From positions 3,232,001 through 3,296,000 of the forward strand of contig OZ250169.1 in the NCBI GenBank assembly GCA_965237955.1: a DNA stretch of 64,000 bases, in the 5' to 3' direction. Shown here piece after piece: positions 21,084-31,802 of the stretch; the first letter of the stretch is position 1, and every line of letters begins with the position of its first letter. Made by a program: the position numbers and the translations under genes. The DNA comes from Candidatus Marinacidobacterales bacterium. Lineage in GTDB: Bacteria > Acidobacteriota > Vicinamibacteria > Marinacidobacterales > SMYC01. Under the pieces are notes generated by a model that was not told where the DNA came from, ran no database searches, and saw nothing but the letters and a program-made list of their open reading frames with translations.

Positions 21084-22487
21084 ATGAGCTGCGTTGCCAC
21101 ACCAAACCCTCTACTGACCAGGGAGCTCGAGCGCGCGACGGATCGGATGACCGGAACCCGGATCCGCGATGGCAATCAGGTCACCCTCATGGAAAGTGGC
21201 ACCGAGTCTTACGACATGCGCTGGGACCTGCTGGAAAATGCCAAGCACACGATCCACATCGTGACCTTCTCCGTCATGCGGGACGATGTCAGCAGGCGCC
21301 TTCGTGACGTGTTGAAGCGGAAGTTGGCGCAAGGTGTTGCCGTCCGTTTCATTCTCGACGACCTCGTTCTCTACACGACTTTCAGTATGGGTATCATCGA
21401 AGAGATGGAGCAGGCCGGGGTTGAGCTCGTTCGATACAACAAGCTGTTCGAGAATCTCTTGCCCGAGTGGGGGACTGGCCGCCCGATTCACAAATTCGTT
21501 CGCGCCGTGAAAATCAAGCAGAAGCGACGGTTTCACGAGAAGTACATCATCGTGGACGGGCGCGACCTGGTGCTCGGTGGCATGAACTGGGGCGGCAAGT
21601 ATGCATTCGGCGGGGTGAAACCGAAGTCCTGGCGTGACACCGACGTTCATGTGACCGGACCCGTGGTCGCGGACGTGCAACGACAGTTCATCCGGGACTT
21701 CTTCCTGTACTCCGTCATGAACCGGGACGGGCGACGCCGCCCGCCTGGTGTGACCTGGGACTCACACGTTCGGCAAGCCATCGAAGACGAAGCAAAATTC
21801 ATCGAGCGGGAGGGCGAAGCCATCTTTCCCGCAACGGAGCACAGGGGCGAGGCGCGCATCCGCTATCTCCCGCACAAGCCCTACGACGAAAGTCGACTCC
21901 GCATCACGGACGCTTTGCTCCTCACATTCAGCCGCGCGCAGAAATCTATCTTCTGGGGCTGCCACGGCATCCGCCCTCCCCGCGTGGTCGCGGAAACCCT
22001 GGCCGCGGCCGCGGAAAGGGGAGTGGATGTACGACTCATCACCAACAACAGGAAAGCCGCGCGCACCCTGGTGGCATTCGGTCTGCTGGGATGGATGTAC
22101 TGGGAGAGCAGCAACCACTACCGATGGCTTCTCGATCGAGGGATCCGCATCTTCGAATGGCAAAAGCCAGGCGCATTCCACTCCAAAGCTCTAGTCATCG
22201 ACGACGTGATCGCGTCCGTGGGATCTTACAACATTTCTCGGGGATCGACCTTTCACCATACAGAGAGCAACGTCGTCGTCTATGAAGAACGGTTCGCTCG
22301 CGAGCTCTCGAATCAGTTCGAAAAGGATTTCGATGACTGCATCGAGTTGAAACTGAGTGACGCGAAAGAGCCTTACTACGACCCGTACCAACGAGTGCTG
22401 CACGAACGCAATTTGCTCGTGGACCGGTCGCTGCAAACGGAGGCGATTCGCGAGGAGCTCGATGCGGGAAACTACAAACGAATGTGA
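21084..22487 (+). CDS. Phospholipase D / cardiolipin-synthase-like protein, no TM anchor
   Basis: Two HKD motifs (HEKYIIVD...GGMN and HSKALVID...GSYN); GNQVTL and WRDTD. Confidence 0.9.
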   Translation: MSCVATPNPLLTRELERATDRMTGTRIRDGNQVTLMESGTESYDMRWDLLENAKHTIHIVTFSVMRDDVSRRLRDVLKRKLAQGVAVRFILDDLVLYTTFSMGIIEEMEQAGVELVRYNKLFENLLPEWGTGRPIHKFVRAVKIKQKRRFHEKYIIVDGRDLVLGGMNWGGKYAFGGVKPKSWRDTDVHVTGPVVADVQRQFIRDFFLYSVMNRDGRRRPPGVTWDSHVRQAIEDEAKFIEREGEAIFPATEHRGEARIRYLPHKPYDESRLRITDALLLTFSRAQKSIFWGCHGIRPPRVVAETLAAAAERGVDVRLITNNRKAARTLVAFGLLGWMYWESSNHYRWLLDRGIRIFEWQKPGAFHSKALVIDDVIASVGSYNISRGSTFHHTESNVVVYEERFARELSNQFEKDFDDCIELKLSDAKEPYYDPYQRVLHERNLLVDRSLQTEAIREELDAGNYKRM

Positions 22488-22527
22488 AGCATTGCAGGAG
22501 ACAAAGACCCTTCCAGGAGGCAACAAA

Positions 22528-23445
22528 ATGAGCTCATTGGCCGGACCGTTCGACGACATGTATCGGGCGCTCGTCTTCTTCTCGGGCGACATCCGGAGAC
22601 TGCACGCATTTCCCTGGTTCACCTGGTCGAAGCACGAGCATGCGGTGACGCATCGGGAGGTGCTCAAAGCGCTTCCAAGTATTCAGTTTGGGGATGTTGG
22701 CTTGCACCGCGACTGGGGCTACTTGTCCAACGTGGCGATCCCTGGTTTCATGAAACATGCCTGGATCCACGTCCAGGATGGCAGTGTCGAGCCCGAGATC
22801 GTGGAAGCGATCAGTGAGGGTGTCATCCGACGAAGCCCCGTCTATCCCATGCATTCGGACTACGCCATCATTCTCACGCCGAGCGATGAGGCCAACGTCA
22901 CCGACGAAGAGCGAAAAGGCGCATGTCTGAAAGCCAAGCAAATCGTAGGTGAAGAGTATGATCATCGTTTCGAGTTCGATATCGAAGCGGAGCTCGCTTT
23001 CTACCAGGGGCATGACAGGGACGAAGCGTGTCAGCACTTGCAGGAAGGAAACACCTGGCTGCGCGCCTATGACCACGCCTTTAGCTGCACGGAAGCCGTG
23101 AGCTATGCCTGGTGGCATCGACGCAAGGCGCTCGGCATCCGACGTACGCGGCGCTTCCGAAAATCGATCATCCTTGCCGATACGTTCCTCAACCGCGGCT
23201 GGAAGATCAAGTGGGCTAGTCCCCTGGATCTTTGATTACTATACAAAGTTAGGCTTTTCGCCAGCCCATAAGATTCATAAGATTCATGCACTTAGAAGGG
23301 TTTCGGCAAGCTCTGCTTTATCTAGTTTGTTCTGATACAGGGGACTAGCAGAAGCGTGACCACCGACGATGCGCGCAAGTATGGGCTCGGTGACGAGGGA
23401 ATCTCGCTCATCGAAGACTACCGGAAGAGCGCAGAAAAATACTGA
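22528..23445 (+). pseudogene. Permuted papain-like NlpC/P60 (YiiX/YebB-like) enzyme interrupted by a MITE
   Basis: GDV, KHAWI (His), IVEAISEGV, GEEYD and FSCTE (Cys). Removing the 129-nt insert restores KWASRSVTTDD...EKY* (262 aa). Confidence 0.8.
23220..23344. mobile_element. 125-bp MITE, copy 1
   Basis: TIRs TCCCCTG...CAGGGGA; CTAG duplicated on both sides; second copy at 63814-63938. Confidence 0.92.
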
Positions 23446-23577
23446 CGCGGCTACCTACTACAAGTAAGCGCGGTGTAGCGCGCTCCACGACAGTTCCCCT
23501 CCCTTCCGCTCATTGAAGATGCCGCGTATGTACCCGCTATCAAACGAAAAGTCGTTCGATGCACTCCTCGTCGCCGA

Positions 23578-23593
23578 TGGCAGCTTTCTTGCA
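23578..23593 (+). promoter_or_regulatory. sigma54-type -24/-12 promoter
   Basis: TGGCAGCTTTCTTGCA upstream of 23678. Confidence 0.65.
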
Positions 23594-23677
23594 AAGTGCT
23601 TCATCAGCGAGGGGTGAGCGGGAATCTGGTCGCGGACCGGGAGCGCATCCCTCGAAACTCAGAAAGGGAGAAGACAC

Positions 23678-24047
23678 ATGGCTAAAGGAAAAAGAGAAGG
23701 CAAGGGGAAACCCATCACATCCCGCGCGGAGCTCGGTGGCGATCTGAATCTCGCTGAAGCCGTCAAGCTGCAGCCGGCCTGGATGCAGCGCGAGCTCAAG
23801 GCAATTTCGGAAATACGAAAGCAAAGTACTCGCAGCGTTGAAAGACGAGGCCAATGCAGAGCTTTTCGCCCGGGATCCCGGCACGCTTTTGAGCCAGCTC
23901 GAGATACCGATGTCGGGATCTTTCCGCCAACGCCTGCGTAGTGACGTCTCGTTGGCCGAGCTCAAGAAGAAGCACTGTTTCGAGCTTCCCAATGGACAAG
24001 TCATCGCACCCAATATCCGGATTCGCTTCACCAAAGAGGAGGACTAG
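23678..24047 (+). CDS. Small hypothetical protein (about 122 aa) split by a frameshift near 23800
   Basis: GGAG RBS; MAKGKREG...RELK joins YESKVLAALKDEANAELFARDP...KEED* in another frame. Confidence 0.6.
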
Positions 24048-24050
24048 CTT

Positions 24051-26494
24051 ATGGCAGGCACACAAACAGCCGGATTCGATCTGGTCATGCAGTTTTCCGA
24101 GGAAGCCTATCGTGAGCTCTTGGGGGTCTTCTTCGACGAGAGTGACATTTTCGGTTCCATCGTGGATCTGATTCCAGGCGTGGATGCCGACGAGTTCACC
24201 ATCGACGTGTCTCTGGATCGTCCGACAGACGTTACCCTGCCGGCAACCGCGGAGAATCCGCTGGACATCCAGTTGGGTATCGGTGAAGGGGGTAGCCTCG
24301 CTTCCCTGCGCATGATCGTGGGTATGAACGTGGACCGGAACGATGCGGACAGGGACAAAGTCCAAATCGATTTCGCGAACAGCATCTATGACGCCTCCGT
24401 GACCATCGGTTCGACGAACATACCGATACCGAATCTCGAAGATCGCCTCTCGGACATCATTCCGACGGTGCCCGTTCTCCCGGTGCCGGTCGACCGCACC
24501 TCCACGAGCCCAACGCAAATCACCCGCGTCGATTTCAAGATTGTCGACGACCCGTCGCCGGCCGATCGGGATGCCACGGCTGCCATGTTTACTTTCGGTG
24601 GCGGTTCACCGGGCGACAGCGACGCTCTCCAAAGATTCGTTCCCGACGGGGGTCGGGGTGGCATCGGCATCTTCTTCGAGTGGCTCTGCCGCATGGCGGT
24701 ACCCCGGCTTGAGAGCGCTCTGGATCTGCCCGCGGGCTCCTTCGATATCAGTGCCGACCGTTGCGCCCTCAACCGATCCTTCACGGTGGACGAAGACGAG
24801 GACGTGGTGATGACCAGCCTCGTTCTGAGCCTCGCCGACGGTTTCATCGATGTCTCCGCCCGGGTCGAGAAGAGCGGATTCTGCTACGAAGCTTCGGGCA
24901 ACGTGGGCGCGCGGCTGCGGTTGGCGGTGACCGGCGGTCGACTGCAGGCCTCGGTCGAGATCGATGATCCGGACGTCGACGTGGACATTCCTTGGTATTG
25001 CTGGCTCGCCGGTGCCGTGGTGGGAGCCGTCATCGGTGGTGTGCTCCTCGGCGTCATCGGCGCCATCGTCGGCGGAATCCTCGTACCTCTCATCACTTAT
25101 CTCGCCACGGAGGTAATCGAAGGAACGATCGAGGAGGTAGCCGGAAGAATCTCGGATGCGATCAACGATGCCGTGCCCGACCTGGACGTCCCCGCGTTCG
25201 GGATCAACATCCTGTTCGATGAAGTTTTCATCGACGATGTGGTGCTCCGGGCCCAGCTGGAGGTCGAATCTCACGCGCCGGTCCGCACGCAGGGAACCGT
25301 CACCTTGCACAACAATCGTGGCTTCGATCTGGACACGGGCAAAGTGCTGCCGTCAGGAACGCCGGAAGCAGACTTGCGCTGGGTCGGTCATCGTGCGCGG
25401 CGCAAGCTCCAGACCGGATGCCAGGCGGCTTTGGCTCGAACGGGAACGACCAACTTCTCTGGTCTCGCGCGCTACGAGCTTTACGCGTTCGGATACGCAA
25501 CGCCCACGGCGGTGCGGTTGTGGGAGCTCGGTCTGGAAAATCCTCTCGGCTTTCTCTTCGGGGATGATTTCATCGAGTTCCGTCGCGTCTATGCGATGCG
25601 CACCAACGAAGGTCGATACGCCGTCGTTCAAATCATCGACATTGAGGACGGCCATATACGTCTGCGCTACAAACGTTCGAGCGCCGCGTTCTTTCCGTGA
25701 ACATCACCGGCGACTTCAAGTGCGTGAAGGCATTCGTGCCTCCGAAGGAGGCAGTCGTTGCTTTTGTGCCCGGACTAGTCGCTAGCAGCGTGGTTGGCAG
25801 TGAGCTGTTCCGTCCCGAGCTTTCCGCGGCAGCGACGATAGCGACGGCTTCCTCAACGAGTGCGCGTTTGCCCGCCGCATCGCTTGCAGCGCGCATGACG
25901 TCGGCGGCCTTCGCGGCGGCTCATGCAGATGACGACTGCGCTGAAGGCACTCCAACGACTTCAGCGGGCTCGACCGGCTCGAGCAGTCCAGACATCACCG
26001 TGCGCAGCCAGAGGCTGCCCGATTGTGGTCGCAAGACTGCGATTCCGGCGCCGCACGACGGTCGCTGGGTGGCTCGCTTTCCTGCCAGGCAAATGGCACA
26101 GGCGCGACTCGAGGCGGTGACGTCCGGAACCATCGGCGAAGTGGAGTATGTCTGGCTCATCGGCGGAGAGAGACTGGAAGGAAATGCTGGATCGCGCGCG
26201 GTGGGAGGCGTCGACGTTTCCTACCGTGTCAGTGGGCCGCGATTGATCCTGACGGTTCCCGATACCGCGGAAATCGAGCTGTTCGTCAAAGTGCAAGTGA
26301 TCGACAAGCTCGGTTGCTCGGCGAGTGCGTCGAAATGCGTCCACCATGACGGGCGCTGCCCCATCAAAGTTCGCTACATTCCGGGATGGAAGCAGTTCAT
26401 GGCAGTGCAAGCGGTCCCGGTAGCGAGCCTGGCAAGCGTCACCCTGGCAAGCGCATCGATGTCGGAGCCGGTTCTGTACGCCTCCGTCGAATAA
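24051..26494 (+). CDS. Large hypothetical protein (about 810 aa): possible TULIP-like N-terminus, Gly-rich hydrophobic hairpin, FDLDTG/RTNEGRYA domain; frameshift near 25672
   Basis: ORFs 24051-25700 and 25697-26494 join as RYKTFERRVLSVNITGDF if one A is added to the AAA run; GAGGAGG RBS. Confidence 0.65.
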
Positions 26495-26644
26495 ACGGCG
26501 TTTCGTGACTCAGGGGAGGCCACTCGTGTGGCCCCCCTTACTTCGCCAGCACATGTAGTTGGCGGCGCTACACATCGAGACCCGCCCGTCAAAACAAAGT
26601 CGCTTTCTTTCACACAGTTGCGCCGGATATACCGTCGCAAGACC

Positions 26645-26660
26645 TGGCACGAGTCCTGCT
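26645..26660 (+). promoter_or_regulatory. sigma54-type -24/-12 promoter
   Basis: TGGCACGAGTCCTGCT, 25 bp before the ATG at 26686. Confidence 0.6.
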
Positions 26661-26685
26661 TATCTCTGCCTTCGAGGAGGGTCGC

Positions 26686-29600
26686 ATGTCAGCTAAACCC
26701 GGGAAGGCGTCACACCGCAGCGAGGCTCATGCCCCCTCGCGCTATCGGGGGCTCTCGCTCCGACGAGCCTTGTTCGTCACGGGGTTCATGCTCATGGCGG
26801 CGAGCACCTGGTTCGCATTCCGGCAAGCTCCCCGTGCGAGCATCGACCAGCCCCCTACGCTCATCGAGTGGTTCCGCAGTCCCGTCGAGACGAACGCCTT
26901 TCGCCGGCTACCGCTCATCGAGGGCGATCTTCGCAGTGTCCATGCACTTCCAGACACTCACACCGCGTGGATCGTCGGACCGGACGAGCTCATTCTGCGC
27001 ACGAGCGACGGTGGCCGGAGCTGGGAGCGGCAACCTATCCTCGCGGAAGGCTCATCGCCGGCAGAGCGCGCGTCGCTACACTCTGTTTCCGGTGGTCCAC
27101 GCGGGGGAGCCCCAAAAGATTCCGATGGGTGTTGTGGTTGGGATGTGCCTGGACGAGGCGGGAGCGATCTTGCCTGGAGTCGCCATCGTTCTCCGGGATT
27201 TGAGCACAGAAGAAACGATTCGCGGCGAATCCGATGAGCAGGGCTACTTCGCCGTTCCCATACCCATTGGCGCCTACATGTTCACGGCCGGACTTCCTGG
27301 ATTCCGCCCGATCAACATCGAGGTTCAGCTCGTGGAGGACGAAAGCGAATGGAACATGGGGAAGCTGGTCTTCGAGGTCGACGCGGCCTCGAAGTTCGAG
27401 CAAGCGAAACGACCCGTTCTGCAACTTCCGAAGCTTCGCGTGGTCGCACCTGACAAAATCAAGCCAGCTCCGGTCGAATCGGAGCCCGAGCCTGCCGCTA
27501 CGCCGCCGTCCCCACCCGAGGGTCCGTCCGAACTTCACGCGGTGCAGTTCATCGACGCTGAGGTGGGCTGGGCAGTGGGCTCGGCTGGAACGGTCCTTTC
27601 CACATCGAACGGTGGCGCGAGCTGGGCTCGCCGCGATCCGGGCGTTCCGGACAGCCTGGTCGCACTTCACTTCATCGACGCGAGCCGGGGCTGGGTGGCG
27701 AGCGATGAAGGAAGCATCCTGTTCACGGAAACCGGCGGCCGCACGTGGCAATCGCAACACGCCGGAGCGGAAGGGCTCCGCGGCATCGAGTTCGCCGACG
27801 AGGAAACCGGCTGGGCCCTCACCTATCCGACCGCGGGTCTGCTCATCACCGTAGACGGTGGAGCAAACTGGGTGCGAGTGGCGCTACCGGAAGAAAGCGA
27901 GATAGCGTCGTTCGATTTCGTGGACGGGAACCACGGTTGGGCTGTGGGGGCGAGCGGTGCCATCCTCGTGACGCAGGATACGGGCATGAGTTGGGAGCCC
28001 CAGCAAAGCGGAACCGGCTCTGATTTGCTCGACGTCCACTTTCGCAACACGGGTGATGGCTGGGCCGTCGGACGAAACGGCACGATTCTCGTCACCGAGG
28101 ATGGCGGTCGACAGTGGCGAGCTGCACCGACACCTTCGGTCAAAACGCTGCGATCCATCCACTTCGCGAACGCATCGGTCGGGTGGGCCGTGGGCCGCGA
28201 CCTCGTGCTGCGAACAGCGGACGGTGGTGAAACGTGGCACCGGCAGGCGAGGGTTCGCGAAACCGACGCGCACTGGTTCTTCTTTCCCGAACCAACCCTG
28301 GGTTTCGTTACCGGCTCGCGTGGGGAGATTCTCACGACCGACGACGGCGGGACGACCTGGCGCAGCGGAGGCGAGTCGCTCGACCACATCCGCGCCATCG
28401 ACTTCACAAGCGCAGACAGCTGGTGGGCGCTCGCAGGCAATATGGCGGAAGAGATGCTGCTCAAGCACAGCGCCGATTTCGGAAAAAGCTGGCAAATCGA
28501 AACAACAGCGGATGCCGGCCAGACGGCCAGATTCGCGGATCTGCATTTTCTCGACGAGACAAAGGGGTTCGCTTTGTTTCGCAACGAGCTTTTTCAAACG
28601 GAGGATGGAGGTAAAACCTGGTACCGGAACACCAGTTTGAAAAGCGGGGACGAGCTGGTCGCCATCGGTTTCACGGATGACTCCCATGGATGGGTCGTTT
28701 GCGCTCGAGGCGATGTCTACGCCAGCGAGGACAGCGGCGCGAGCTGGAGCCCGCGCGCCGTCGCCGATGCCCGAAATGTCTGGAAAGCGCAGTTCGCCGA
28801 TGCCGAGAACGGATGCTTGCTCGAAGACGCCGGTACTGGCGGCTCCGTGATTCACTGTACGCGTGATGGCGGCGTCAACTGGGTTCATTTGCCCAGTAAG
28901 GTCGAGCTCCATTCCATTTTCGTGGAAGCCGGCGCTAGACGCTGGGCTGCGGGCGCAAACGGCACCATTTTGGTCAGCCGTGACGGGGGCACGAGCTGGA
29001 CGCCGAGCTCGAGCGGCGTCGAGCAGGATTTGACGTCCATCCATTTCGTGGACCAAAGCCTGGGTTTCGCCGCCGGGCTCGACAACACGTTTCTTACGAC
29101 GCGAGATGGCGGCGAGAGCTGGGAGGATGCGGCACCGTACCAACGTGCTCCGGCCCCTTGGTTCTATGTGAGTCTCCTGGCCGCGGGCATTTTGTTTTTC
29201 GCTCCCGCGTTCAAAAAACCTGCGCCGGCGGCTCCGCTTAAAAGCTCGGTCGCCGACGTATTCGTGTCCGACAAGCCCATAGAGTCAGCATCTGCGGATC
29301 GGCTTCGGTTCAACGAGCTCGCGGGCGGTCTGTTTCGTTTTCTCCGTAACGAGAACACGACGCCGCCCATGACGATCGCCATCACCGGAGCGTGGGGTAT
29401 GGGGAAGAGCTCTTTGATGAACCTCTTGCGCTCCCGGCTGCAGCATTTCGGCTTCAGGCCCGTCTGGTTCAACGCCTGGCATCACCAGAAGGGAAATCAG
29501 CTTCTCGCAGGGCTTCTCGAGAACATTCGCTTGCAGGCGGTTCCCACGTGGTGGCGTCCGGACGGTCTGGCGTTTCGGATGCGACTTCTCTTCATCCGGG

Positions 29601-31102
29601 GCTGGCGCCACTGCCTGCCCGTCATTCTCATGCTGCTCGTCTTCTCGGTTTCGGCCGGCTACATCCTGGCCCATGGACCCCATGAAGTCCAAAACGACGT
29701 ACGGACCCTTATCGCTGGCCTAGTGGCGATCTTCTCCACTTCTTCGGCGCCGGCAGACGCGACGCGCTCTCACTTTCTCCCTTTCCTCATCTCTAGCCTG
29801 ACGCTTCTGGCCTCGACCTGGAAAGGTGTGACTGCTTTCAGCGGCGCACCGGGAAAGCTGGTGGCGAGTTTGACGGCGGGCCTGCGCATGAAGGATGTAA
29901 AAGCCGCGCACGGTTTTCGACACCAATTCGCACAAGAGTTCCGAGATGTGACCCAGGCATTTGCACCGCGACGCATGGCGATCTTCATCGATGACCTCGA
30001 TCGCTGCGCCCCTGAAAACGTGCTCGAGGCGCTCGAAGCCGTGAACTTCCTGGTGTCCTCCGGAGATTGTTTCGTCATCCTTGGCATGGCGATGGAACAG
30101 GTCGAGCACTGCGTAGGCGTGGCTCTGGAGAAAACGGGCCAGACACCCGAAAAGACCGACCGAACGGAGTCGAAGGGCGAAGGCGGATACGCTCGCTTCT
30201 ACATGGAGAAGCTCATCAATATCGAAGTAGCCGTCCCCACGCTGACGAGCGAGCAGTCCAGCGTGTTGCTCACACCGGAGCAACCGAGCGGTGAGAAGCG
30301 AGGCGGCATGGTGCGGTCGTCTTTGCTCACACCAGCCGTGCGCCGGTGGGTCCCGGCGCTCACACTCTTCGCAGTCACCGCCGTGGGATTCTGATGGGGC
30401 ACGACGCACGAAGCTCCCGAGCCGGTCACCGTCACCTCCTCAGCCATCCCAACGCGCGATCCCAGTCCCGTGGTCGAGCCGCCACCATCGACCCCGCCGA
30501 CAGGAGGTTCCGGCCTCGATTTCAAGATAGTTCGTCCGGCAAGTTTTCTCCCTGGAGCGGAGGCTCAGAACATTCCCTGGCGCTACTTTCTGTCCGGCGC
30601 TATCGTGCTGCTAGCGTTCGGCGTCTGGAAGCTCTCCCAGCCGCCCGACATTATTATTAAAGATTCCCCCACTTTTGCAGCTGCACTTCGCTTCTGGAGG
30701 CCGCTCGTCTACGCCAGCCGTCAGACGCCGCGCGGCATCAAGCGATACCTCAACCGGGTACGCTACTACGAGATGCTGCAGCGTCCCGCGAGCGCCTTCG
30801 CGTCCAGGTGGGGGCAGCTCCTGCACTGGTTGACCGGCCCGTCCGATGTCACCGAAGGGGATGCGATTCCCGAAGACGTTCTCGTGGCGCTGGCGGCGGT
30901 TGAGCTCATTCGACCGCAAGGCCTGCGCGACGAGCTTCTATGGACGGACTTCAGTGCGTTCCTGAGAAAGGAAATGGGCCCGGAGGCACCACTCCCGCAC
31001 GCCATCGACGACCACCTCGAGCGGATTGTGGCGAGCTGGCCATCACTGGGTCACTACCGCGACGCTTTCTTGAAGCTCACCTCGGGCGTCCGCATGGGTT
31101 GA
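26686..31102 (+). CDS. Membrane KAP-family P-loop NTPase with extracytoplasmic YCF48/BNR beta-propeller repeats and a carboxypeptidase-regulatory-like domain; frameshift near 27075, in-frame TGA at 30392
   Basis: Many TxDGGxxW Asp-box repeats; Walker A GAWGMGKS, VWFNAW, two TM segments, Walker B IFIDDLDRC, YMEKLI; TPRGIKRYLN lies in frame after the TGA. Confidence 0.82.
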
Positions 31103-31260
31103 GCGCGGGTTCGAGCGAGAGGGTGCTTCCGTCAAAAAGTGTTGGTGTAATGAATTAAGTCTTTATGGTGCAACAAACTTACAGTCAAATTGGGCCCCGT
31201 CGACTTCGGTTCGCATTGAAGTCGGCGTAAGCGCTCTGTTTGCAAGGGAATGCGTACACA

Positions 31261-31732
31261 TCACCAACAGTAGACGGCGGAAGCACCGTAGAGGATCTCG
31301 AACTCGTTGATGTCCCTCGCCGGAGTCGACGCCGCCGTTGGCGCGGCTGTCAAGTCGGTTTCGCGTCGCCCTTCCTCGAAGAGCGCGCGCACACTCGGTG
31401 GGTATGTATCGGTGTCCAACGTGTAGCTAGGACTTAGCCGAAGGACGTTCGTGAAGCTCTCTTTGGCGGCCTCCGAATCCTGTAGCGCAAAGTAGGTCAA
31501 GCCGAGATAGAGGTGCCCCTCGATGCGCATCGCTTCGCCGTTCGCGACGTCGGGCCGCTCGTCGAGCACACGGACGACGGCCCCGAGCGCTTGCATCGCA
31601 CGAATGAAGTTGGCGCTCTGGTAAAGAGCTTTCGCTTCATCGAGCTCGCGGGCGAGATCCGACTGGCTCGCGGCGGGCGACCGCCGTCGAGCTCGAGATG
31701 ACCAAGACTGTGGCGACGAAGGATTGCATCAT
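31261..31732 (-). pseudogene. TPR-containing secreted protein, frameshifted or truncated
   Basis: HLYLGLTYFALQDSEAAKESFTNVLRLSP TPR; signal peptide lies in another frame. Confidence 0.55.
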
Positions 31733-31802
31733 GACGTCCTCGTTCGCGGTGGAGCCGGTAAGCGGGTTGCTTCCAACGCGCACTACGATTATAGAGAGCG
31801 CT

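Noticed and set aside
30392-30394. Selenocysteine or recoded TGA in the KAP gene
   Set aside because: It lies at the end of a TM segment rather than a redox motif, no SECIS was evident, and TGA is a normal stop elsewhere. A TGG-to-TGA change or an error is simpler.
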